Shown: piece after piece, positions 56,297 through 63,706 of the stretch
How the letters are laid out: each line of letters starts with the position of its first letter
Numbering within the stretch: position 1 is the stretch's first letter
The notes under the pieces: model-generated
Databases searched by the model: none
The model's input: the letters and a program-made list of their open reading frames with translations, nothing else
What the model was told of the DNA's origin: nothing
Origin: a virus
IMG/VR virus record: IMGVR_UViG_3300022916_000006
Coordinates: 32,001 to 96,000 of that record
Direction: 5' to 3' (one strand)
DNA: 64,000 nt
Position numbers and translations under genes: made by a program

Positions 56297-56538
56297 AATA
56301 TTATATCACAAATATTAATACCGTTCATGGTGAACCAGCTACACTTTATTTAGTATATGTAAATGGTGAACATTTTTGGTCAACATTTATGACAAATGCA
56401 CTACATTTTAAATCAGCACATGATGCAAATTTATTTATTTTATTTTATAATCATAATCGCTCTAGTAAACATAAAAAAGTTAATTATAGTGAATATATAA
56501 TACAATCAGAAGCTGAATTGATAGCTCGTATATTATGA
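56293..56538 (+). CDS. MKYY..ELVAYLL-family small protein, unit 84
   Basis: MKYYIT / QSEAELIARIL. Confidence 0.85.
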   Translation: MKYYITNINTVHGEPATLYLVYVNGEHFWSTFMTNALHFKSAHDANLFILFYNHNRSSKHKKVNYSEYIIQSEAELIARIL

Positions 56539-56783
56539 GTCCAGAATATATATTCTATCTATATTATGATTCAGGTACGCTACACAGACATAAATATATA
56601 TCCGATATAAATCGTGAAAATAATGATATAACTATAAGCATGCGTTTTAATGATTCTATGATATTTGATACGTGGGTGGATGCTTGGAATACTCGATCAT
56701 ATATTTTAAGTGTTGGTAGATTACGTGATAATATATCAGTTAAAAAAATGTTATTAGCAGAGTATTTAATAAAAATATTATAA
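56535..56783 (+). CDS. MKYY..ELVAYLL-family small protein, unit 85 (divergent)
   Basis: MSPEYIFYL / MLLAEYLIKIL. Confidence 0.7.
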   Translation: MSPEYIFYLYYDSGTLHRHKYISDINRENNDITISMRFNDSMIFDTWVDAWNTRSYILSVGRLRDNISVKKMLLAEYLIKIL

Positions 56784-56797
56784 ATTTAAAATAATTG

Positions 56798-56827
56798 TTG
56801 TTTCACGTTATATTTTTTTCTTAACTT
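56798..56827 (+). promoter_or_regulatory. early-type promoter
   Basis: TTGTTT-N18-TAACTT then TAAGCAGTTATGAGAG. Confidence 0.75.
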
Positions 56828-56854
56828 TAAGCAGTTATGAGAGGACACAAACAC

Positions 56855-59233
56855 ATGAGAAGAACAAATTTTATTTCGAACTTAATCCCACAATTCGACA
56901 ATACATTAGGTACAGATTCAAAACTACAAGATATCATGTACAAAGCTAATGCATTGAAACTAATCAAAAATTTTGTAAATGTTATATCAGATAAAACTGC
57001 CATTGTAAAGTTCAATACTACTGATGGAGCTGGTGGTGGTCGTGCATCAATAACAGATAATGGTGAATATCAAGTATATATAAGTGGTAAACTAACAAAA
57101 TCTACTTTTGATCATCATGTTGGTCTTGCACTACATGAAGCATCACATCTAAGATACTCAGATATGGATTATCTTAAAAAAGTAATGGCACATGCACGAT
57201 ATAAGGAACTTGATCCACAATACATAACATCAGAAATGTACACTGATGCACTTATCAAACTAGGTGTTCGTAGATCACAATTAACTGGTGCATATAAATC
57301 AATTGTTAATATAATTGAAGATCGTAGAATCGACACGTTAACATTTGAAGATGCTCCAGGATATCGAATGTACTATGAAGCATTATATAAAAAGTTTTAT
57401 AGAAGTGCAATAGTGAACACTATGTTAAAATCATCAAAATATCGAGATGAAACACTTCAAAGTTATGTCGGTAGATTTTGTTATTTGATTAATAAAAATA
57501 CTGATCTAAGTGCATTGAAAGAATTAAGTACAATAAATGATATGCTTGATATATCAAACATCACTAGACTTGATACTCCAGAAAAATTATTTAAACTTGG
57601 TACTGATATTTTAAATCATATATTAACTTCATTATTCACAACTAAAGAAGAGGAAGAAAAAAAAGAAGCAGAGTTGAATAACGAATCAGATGAAAATGAA
57701 TCAGATGAAAACGAATCAGATGAAAATGAATCAGATGAAAATGAATCAGATGAAAATGAATCAGATGAAAACGAATCAGATGAAAACGAATCAGATGAAA
57801 ATGAATCAGATGAAAATGATGATGATGATGAAAATGAATCAGATGAAAATGAATCAGATGAAAACGAATCAGATGAAAATGAATCAGATGAAAACGAATC
57901 AGATGAAAATGATGATGATGAAAATGATGATGATGAAAATGATGATGATGAAAATGATGATGATGATGAAAATGATGATGATGAAAATGATGATGATGAA
58001 AATGATGATGATGATGAAAATGATGATGATGATGATGATGAAAATGATGATGATGATGATGATGATGGAACTGAATCAGATGAAAATGAATCAGATGAAA
58101 ATGAATCAGATGATGATGGTGATGATGAACTTGAAGATTTAACTCCAAAAGAGGAAAAGAGTTTATACAGATCAATGAAAAAAATGGCTGGGTTTGTACA
58201 TGATACACTTCAAAAACCAACAATGTCAGAAGGAAATGCAACAGCAATAACAGCATTTTCAAAAACAAAATCTACTGAGTTAATATCTTCATTTTCAGAT
58301 ATTCAGATACTTGAGATTGATGATATAAAAGCTACATCAGAAATGTCAAAAGTATTTCCATTTCTATCTCAACATAAACCATCAAGATATGTTGATGCAG
58401 TTGCACAGGGATTTATATCTGGAAAACAACTATCAAAAAAATTATCAATAATCAATGATGATAAAACTACTATTAGAATGAGAACAAAACACGGAAATAT
58501 CAGTCGAAGATTATTATCAAGTGCATCATTCAACTCTAATATATTTGATCAGAAAGTTACACAAGTATATGGTAATAGTTATATTCACATATCACTTGAT
58601 GGTAGTGGTTCAATGTCTGGTTCAAGATGGGTCAGTGCTTTGACTACAGCAACAGCAATTGCAGTTGCATGTGATATAGTTGGTAAATCTCATGTTGAAA
58701 TCGCAATACGAACGCAAATGGATAATTCACCAGTAAGTGCTATCGTATATAATTCAAACGTAGATAAGATTTCAAAACTTAAAAATATACTTCCAATGAT
58801 TACTCTTGATAGTTATACTCCAGAAGGATTATGTTTCGAATCATCAATGAATAGAATGATGTTAAATTCTAAAAAATCTCACAATTCATATTTTATTAAT
58901 GTATCTGATGGTGAACCTTATGGTTGTTATCGTACAAATACACTATCTCTAATGAAACGAACTGCAACTAGCAGATCAAATATGGATTCTACAACTTCAG
59001 TATTTAATGGAAGAAATGCTTTAGATTTTACAAAAAAACAAGTTGACACAATTAAAAGTCATGGATTTAAAGTACTGAGTTATTTTGTGACTAGTGGGAA
59101 ATCGGATGGTGGTGTTGATGATATGAAAGATATGTTCACTCATATGTATGGTAAAGATGCATTTTTTGGTGATGTCAAATCTACCATTATTCTTGCTAAA
59201 AGTCTTAACAACATGATCATTGGTAATAAATAA
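56855..59233 (+). CDS. CobT-like protein: HEXXH metallopeptidase domain, acidic repeat linker, VWA domain
   Basis: LALHEASHLRYS, VNIIEDRRID, Asp/Glu repeat linker, ISLDGSGSM (MIDAS), TPEG, NVSDGEP. Confidence 0.85.
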   Translation: MRRTNFISNLIPQFDNTLGTDSKLQDIMYKANALKLIKNFVNVISDKTAIVKFNTTDGAGGGRASITDNGEYQVYISGKLTKSTFDHHVGLALHEASHLRYSDMDYLKKVMAHARYKELDPQYITSEMYTDALIKLGVRRSQLTGAYKSIVNIIEDRRIDTLTFEDAPGYRMYYEALYKKFYRSAIVNTMLKSSKYRDETLQSYVGRFCYLINKNTDLSALKELSTINDMLDISNITRLDTPEKLFKLGTDILNHILTSLFTTKEEEEKKEAELNNESDENESDENESDENESDENESDENESDENESDENESDENESDENDDDDENESDENESDENESDENESDENESDENDDDENDDDENDDDENDDDDENDDDENDDDENDDDDENDDDDDDENDDDDDDDGTESDENESDENESDDDGDDELEDLTPKEEKSLYRSMKKMAGFVHDTLQKPTMSEGNATAITAFSKTKSTELISSFSDIQILEIDDIKATSEMSKVFPFLSQHKPSRYVDAVAQGFISGKQLSKKLSIINDDKTTIRMRTKHGNISRRLLSSASFNSNIFDQKVTQVYGNSYIHISLDGSGSMSGSRWVSALTTATAIAVACDIVGKSHVEIAIRTQMDNSPVSAIVYNSNVDKISKLKNILPMITLDSYTPEGLCFESSMNRMMLNSKKSHNSYFINVSDGEPYGCYRTNTLSLMKRTATSRSNMDSTTSVFNGRNALDFTKKQVDTIKSHGFKVLSYFVTSGKSDGGVDDMKDMFTHMYGKDAFFGDVKSTIILAKSLNNMIIGNK
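57680..58130 (+). repeat. 15-bp tandem repeats encoding ESDEN and DDDEN
   Basis: (GAATCAGATGAAAAY)n and (GATGATGATGAAAAT)n. Confidence 0.95.
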
Positions 59234-59252
59234 GTAATTATCTCATAACGAT

Positions 59253-59344
59253 GAACACAACACTATTCATTTCACCGATAAACACAATGTTGATAGTATG
59301 AACTCACATTGTAATTTACCTCGTGATTTGGTAGTGTTTTGTTC
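59253..59344. other. long imperfect intergenic hairpin
   Basis: GAACA/TGTTC, AACACTA/TAGTGTT, TCAC/GTGA, TAAA/TTTA, ACAATG/CATTGT, TGA/TCA nested stems. Confidence 0.55.
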
Positions 59345-59437
59345 GAAATTTGACTATTCTGTGATTATAGATGAATCAATAAATGGTAATGTGAATACCA
59401 AAAATTATAAGAAAATAAAAAAGAGATTAAAAAGTTC

Positions 59438-59467
59438 TTGTTTCGCAATATATTTATTTCTTAACTT
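59438..59467 (+). promoter_or_regulatory. early-type promoter
   Basis: TTGTTT-N18-TAACTT. Confidence 0.7.
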
Positions 59468-59511
59468 TCAGTAGATGAGAAACGAAACAATTAACAACTA
59501 GGAGAACACAC

Positions 59512-60639
59512 ATGATTTTACGACCAGAATTAAGAGGAACCAACACAACAGTATTAGTTGATGTAGATACTAACGAAATTGTAAAGAAAACTGCACTGTT
59601 TACTTACCAAAAAAGACGTGCATATAAAAGTAATATGTTGATTGATTGGAATGGTAAATTCAATAAAGAAAAACGATTTGCATACATTCCAAATGCAGAC
59701 GCCCCATCATTTGTGACTCCAACATCGAACGAACCTACAAAACTTTCACCAGTAAAAAAAGTATTATCTACTGTTAATTTTAACAATGTACCAAAACCAA
59801 AACATTATATAATCAATGATTTGAAATGGAAATTTTTAGCACGTACTGTTCTCACTGGTAGAAATGCTATGTTGCGTGGTGATCGTGGTTGTGGTAAAAC
59901 AATGGGTGCTGAAGCAATTGCAATCGCAACCAACAGACCATTTTTTAATATCAATCTTGGTTCTACTCAAGACCCAAAATCAACATTGATTGGTAACACT
60001 CATTATGATACTGACTCAGGTACATATTTCAAACCAAGTTATTTTGTTCAAGCTATTCAAACACCAAATGCTGTGATTCTATTAGATGAATTATCGAGAG
60101 CTAATCCAGAAGCATGGAATATCTTGATGTCAGTTTTAGATTTGAAACAAAGATATTTAAGACTTGATGATGCTGTTGATTGTGATACAGTTAAAGTTGC
60201 AGATGGTGTTTCATTCATCGCAACTGCAAATGTTGGAACTAAATATACATCAACAAATATTATGGATGATGCATTGATTGATAGGTTCGGAATTCTCGAA
60301 CTTGATTTACTTGATGTTAGTGGTGAAATGAAATTAATGAATATGTTATTTGGTAACAGTGATGGATTACATGATGATTATAAAAAGATTGCAAAGTTTG
60401 CGGCACTGAGTAGAACACAAGCATTGTTAGATTCAGTTATCATTGATGTTGGAATTTCAACTAGAACATCAGTTGAAATGGGTCACTTGATTGCCGATGG
60501 ATTTTCATTCATGGATGCGGCAGAAATCATGATCTACCCTCAGTATGATAATGATGGTGGTGTTGAGAGTGAACGTAACTTCGTCAAAGTCATGTTGCAG
60601 AAGTTCAATAGTGACGGGTCAGATGCTACGTTATTTTAA
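59512..60639 (+). CDS. MoxR/CobS/CbbQ-type AAA+ ATPase
   Basis: GDRGCGKT (Walker A), ILLDELSRA (Walker B), FIATAN, DDALIDRF, ISTR. Confidence 0.9.
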   Translation: MILRPELRGTNTTVLVDVDTNEIVKKTALFTYQKRRAYKSNMLIDWNGKFNKEKRFAYIPNADAPSFVTPTSNEPTKLSPVKKVLSTVNFNNVPKPKHYIINDLKWKFLARTVLTGRNAMLRGDRGCGKTMGAEAIAIATNRPFFNINLGSTQDPKSTLIGNTHYDTDSGTYFKPSYFVQAIQTPNAVILLDELSRANPEAWNILMSVLDLKQRYLRLDDAVDCDTVKVADGVSFIATANVGTKYTSTNIMDDALIDRFGILELDLLDVSGEMKLMNMLFGNSDGLHDDYKKIAKFAALSRTQALLDSVIIDVGISTRTSVEMGHLIADGFSFMDAAEIMIYPQYDNDGGVESERNFVKVMLQKFNSDGSDATLF

Positions 60640-60665
60640 GAATTGATGAAAGTCATGTGTGTGTG

Positions 60666-60701
60666 GACTGGGTGTGGTTTGGTCACCCACCCAGTCTTTT
60701 T
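60666..60701 (+). terminator. intrinsic terminator
   Basis: GACTGGGTG...CACCCAGTC perfect 9-bp stem followed by TTTTT. Confidence 0.8.
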
Positions 60702-60727
60702 AAAAAATTTAAATTGGGAGAAATGAA

Positions 60728-61138
60728 ATGGAATTTACAGAAAAAATGTTAAAAGAATTATGTGATAAGGCAAAATGTATAGGTATAATTGAATTTGGTG
60801 GCTCTGATAGTACAGTCACTGAATCTAATTTTGATGGAATTACCATATATTATGATGGTGAAATAGGCGCAAAATTTATCAAAAATAATGAGTGTGGATG
60901 TTGTTCAGAAAGAATAGTATCAATATCATTAGCTGATTTGAATAAATCGATGGATCAATTACAAGCTGAACAAGTAGAAGTAATAAAAAAAGAAGAAGAA
61001 GCTAAAATTGAAAAACACCGATTAGATAAAATAGCTAGAGATAAAAAAGCTAAAGAAGAACAAATTAGAAAAGATAAAAGAGAACATGAACTTTATTTAA
61101 AGTTACATGAAAGATACAAAAACACACAGGAGAAATGA
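60728..61138 (+). CDS. hypothetical protein with charged coiled-coil C-terminus
   Basis: GGAG SD; 136 aa. Confidence 0.65.
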   Translation: MEFTEKMLKELCDKAKCIGIIEFGGSDSTVTESNFDGITIYYDGEIGAKFIKNNECGCCSERIVSISLADLNKSMDQLQAEQVEVIKKEEEAKIEKHRLDKIARDKKAKEEQIRKDKREHELYLKLHERYKNTQEK

Positions 61139-61141
61139 AAA

Positions 61142-61573
61142 ATGAAACTAACAAAAAAAGATAAAGTATTAGGAATTGGTGCATTTGCAATTATTGGTTT
61201 TGTTGTAATATATGGTCTTGTAATGGACATGTTATCATTCGACCGTACTGAACCAACATTTACTACAGTTGACGGTTATGACGGAAAGATGTTGCGTACT
61301 ATGGTTGACATAGAATGTTTAAATTTCGATACACATAGCTATGAAGTTCAGTCACATATATATATAGTAGATGAAAGAGGTCGATATATACGGGGTGCTA
61401 ATTCTATTCCATATAATACCGTTTTTAATATCACAACATCTAATATAGATAGTGTATATTATGCTGAAGTAAATAGATTGGAGCAGATGATTGCCGATGG
61501 ACTTACATATAATGTGAATACAACGGTGTATGAAAATGAACGACTAGATAAATTAAGACATGATAGTTATTAA
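61142..61573 (+). CDS. membrane-anchored hypothetical protein
   Basis: N-terminal TM (LGIGAFAIIGFVVIYGLVM). Confidence 0.6.
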   Translation: MKLTKKDKVLGIGAFAIIGFVVIYGLVMDMLSFDRTEPTFTTVDGYDGKMLRTMVDIECLNFDTHSYEVQSHIYIVDERGRYIRGANSIPYNTVFNITTSNIDSVYYAEVNRLEQMIADGLTYNVNTTVYENERLDKLRHDSY

Positions 61574-61589
61574 TAAGGGATAAATTAAT

Positions 61590-62078
61590 ATGAAAACAGA
61601 TATACCAAAATATATGAAAATATTGATGATAGCTGGTGGAATAATGATAGGTCTTTTAATATTTTTTAAGGGTGTTATGGGAACATTATTATTTTTTGAT
61701 GTTATTGAAATCTCTATGGTTGATGAAACACCACCACCAACATCCACAATAATTGAAATTCTCCCAGATGGATCAGTGCTTAGAATAGAGTTGGATAATG
61801 ATATCGTTCTTACAGATAGTTTAATATCAGTTTTTATTGAAGAAGCTCAGCGACGAACTTCATTTATTATGCAACAAAAAATGAAGGTTGATTCTATTAG
61901 AATTGCTGATCGTGCCGTTGCTTATAGAGCGTATCAGAAAGCATTATTAAATAATATATCTAATTTCTCTGTACCAGAAATGCCAGAAATAATAGTATCA
62001 GATAATAATGCTCGGGAGAAATATATTAAAAAATGTATTGAAGATATTGAAGAATACATTAACATACAGGGAAATTAA
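61590..62078 (+). CDS. membrane-anchored hypothetical protein
   Basis: N-terminal TM. Confidence 0.6.
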   Translation: MKTDIPKYMKILMIAGGIMIGLLIFFKGVMGTLLFFDVIEISMVDETPPPTSTIIEILPDGSVLRIELDNDIVLTDSLISVFIEEAQRRTSFIMQQKMKVDSIRIADRAVAYRAYQKALLNNISNFSVPEMPEIIVSDNNAREKYIKKCIEDIEEYINIQGN

Positions 62079-62234
62079 ATGAATAACGAAGTAATGACAA
62101 AAAGTGGAATCAAAGTTATTCCAGTTAGACAATCTGAAATGGCAGTTACTCCAATGTTTATCAATCAAGCAGTTTGGAATTTTATCAAACCAATCGAATC
62201 TAAAAAAATTAAAAAAGGTAAGAAGAAAAAATGA
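62079..62234 (+). CDS. small basic hypothetical protein (51 aa, not in ORF track)
   Basis: MNNEVMTKSGIKVIPVRQ...KKIKKGKKKK, ATGA overlap with the next gene. Confidence 0.5.
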   Translation: MNNEVMTKSGIKVIPVRQSEMAVTPMFINQAVWNFIKPIESKKIKKGKKKK

Positions 62235-62569
62235 ATAAGATAAAAAAGTTTTATGATAATTTTAGAATTCGTATCTGTACACCAAATACTACATACGCTA
62301 CACTTGGTAAAACCACAATTGATAAAAAGGAAATATTTGAATGGGTTGAGATATTGGTAAGTGGAACTTTTATGATAATCCTTTTATTTTTAACATTTAA
62401 AGCATTAGAAATGCAATCAATAAATGCTCACAACGGTAAAGTTGCATATTTTGAGAATAGACTTGACAGTTTATCGGTTGAGGCAGAAAAGCTTGAAAGT
62501 TCAATAGTACGTGAAATGGATAGTCTAAGAATAATTATAAAAAATAATCAAACATTAATAACTATATAA
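62231..62569 (+). CDS. membrane protein with coiled-coil tail
   Basis: Central TM (ILVSGTFMIILLFLTF). Confidence 0.6.
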   Translation: MNKIKKFYDNFRIRICTPNTTYATLGKTTIDKKEIFEWVEILVSGTFMIILLFLTFKALEMQSINAHNGKVAYFENRLDSLSVEAEKLESSIVREMDSLRIIIKNNQTLITI

Positions 62570-62584
62570 TCGTTAACAAAATAA

Positions 62585-62833
62585 GTGAAATATTATATAA
62601 AATTTATGGAAAATAATTTACTATCTGGTTTTGTAATGCCAGGAAAGTTAGAGGATATTCCCATTCATAGGGGCATATCAGATGATCCTAAATTTGCTGA
62701 AGCATTCACATTAAAATGGAAAGCACAACATCTATCAGATGAAATAAATGCAGACAACCTAGAACATGGTATAACTCGTAAGACTAAATGTATTGTAATA
62801 ACAGAAACAGAATTGATTGCACTTATATTGTGA
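62585..62833 (+). CDS. MKYY..ELVAYLL-family small protein, unit 86
   Basis: MKYYIK / ITETELIALIL. Confidence 0.85.
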   Translation: MKYYIKFMENNLLSGFVMPGKLEDIPIHRGISDDPKFAEAFTLKWKAQHLSDEINADNLEHGITRKTKCIVITETELIALIL

Positions 62834-62840
62834 CGATCAT

Positions 62841-63131
62841 ATGAAATATTATTGTATTATACGATTGGGACCAAAACGATTATCATATTTAGATATGCAT
62901 TGGAGATTTAGGCAGGTTACTACCGATGGAACGGTTGATTATGCCATAAGAACGTTTTATACAGCTGAATATGCTGAAGAGCGAAAATCCAGAATTATAC
63001 GACGATCTGTATTTAGACAAAAGAAAAGAAATCGAAATCGAGATAAAACGCATCGTTGTGTTAAAATTCCAAACTTAAAAGTGATATGTATGGATGAACT
63101 ATCAGCATATAAAGTTGCATATATATTATGA
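62841..63131 (+). CDS. MKYY..ELVAYLL-family small protein, unit 87
   Basis: MKYYCII / MDELSAYKVAYIL. Confidence 0.8.
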   Translation: MKYYCIIRLGPKRLSYLDMHWRFRQVTTDGTVDYAIRTFYTAEYAEERKSRIIRRSVFRQKKRNRNRDKTHRCVKIPNLKVICMDELSAYKVAYIL

Positions 63132-63379
63132 AATATTATGTAGTAACTCCACCTGGTTGTAGACTATGGTATGTGCGTGGTATTATTAATCACAGATTCG
63201 TTTGGGTTGACGATATTAAAGATGCTATATCATTTAAAACTGCTCGTGATGGATGGAAGTTTACAGAACAAGCGGATAGAGGTGAGGGTAATCATAAATG
63301 GAATCGACAAATTCATAATCACTATTTTACTAAACGGGTTGTTATGTCTGGTGCAGAATTAATAATTAGAGAATTGTAA
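63128..63379 (+). CDS. MKYY..ELVAYLL-family small protein, unit 88
   Basis: MKYYVV / MSGAELIIREL. Confidence 0.8.
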   Translation: MKYYVVTPPGCRLWYVRGIINHRFVWVDDIKDAISFKTARDGWKFTEQADRGEGNHKWNRQIHNHYFTKRVVMSGAELIIREL

Positions 63380-63394
63380 AAAAAGGAAAATGAA

Positions 63395-63694
63395 ATGTCA
63401 GAACAAAATGAAAAATTATATTTTAACATTGATCTTAAAGCGATCATTGCAAAAATTAAAAAAATTAAATCAAGTTTGAAATTTAGAATATCATTCTGCA
63501 AAATTGGTGTTCATTCTTGGGACAAGTGGGAAGATGTTAAAGATGGTAAAGTTTATCAGCGAGAACATCATTCACAACCTAGTAAGGATTGGCCTACTGT
63601 TGGGGTTTGGTATCGGCAAAAACGATATTGTAGCTCGTGTGGTAAGATTGAGCTTAGAACAATCAATGAATACACAATCAAGAATAATAATTAA
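63395..63694 (+). CDS. small Zn-binding hypothetical protein
   Basis: FCKIGVHSWDKWE...KRYCSSCG; paralog of 26499..26723. Confidence 0.6.
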   Translation: MSEQNEKLYFNIDLKAIIAKIKKIKSSLKFRISFCKIGVHSWDKWEDVKDGKVYQREHHSQPSKDWPTVGVWYRQKRYCSSCGKIELRTINEYTIKNNN

Positions 63695-63706
63695 AGGAAT
63701 AATAAA

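Noticed and set aside
57642-58268. Poly-His (minus strand) and poly-Met (57690..58142) ORFs
   Set aside because: Alternative-frame shadows of the GAT/GAA-AAT acidic repeats in the VWA protein.
56855-60639. cobT/cobS as true cobalamin-biosynthesis genes
   Set aside because: There is no cobN or other cob gene here, and the HEXXH domain fits the phage MoxR-VWA type, so no gene symbols were assigned.
556-61747. Minus-strand ORFs and short overlapping + strand ORFs in the track
   Set aside because: They overlap motif-bearing + strand genes, lack RBS or motifs and have shadow-like composition. The two in non-coding islands (41333..41527, 45362..45586) are made of repeats.
24115-63379. Array junctions as a CRISPR array
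   Set aside because: Intervening segments are 140-330 bp intact ORFs, the junctions vary at synonymous sites and are not palindromic, and there is no cas operon.
24115-63379. Array as an integron cassette array or DGR
   Set aside because: No tyrosine integrase or attC-type inverted repeats between units (units overlap by 4 bp); no reverse transcriptase or adenine-specific TR/VR pair in this window. An enzyme elsewhere in the genome cannot be excluded.
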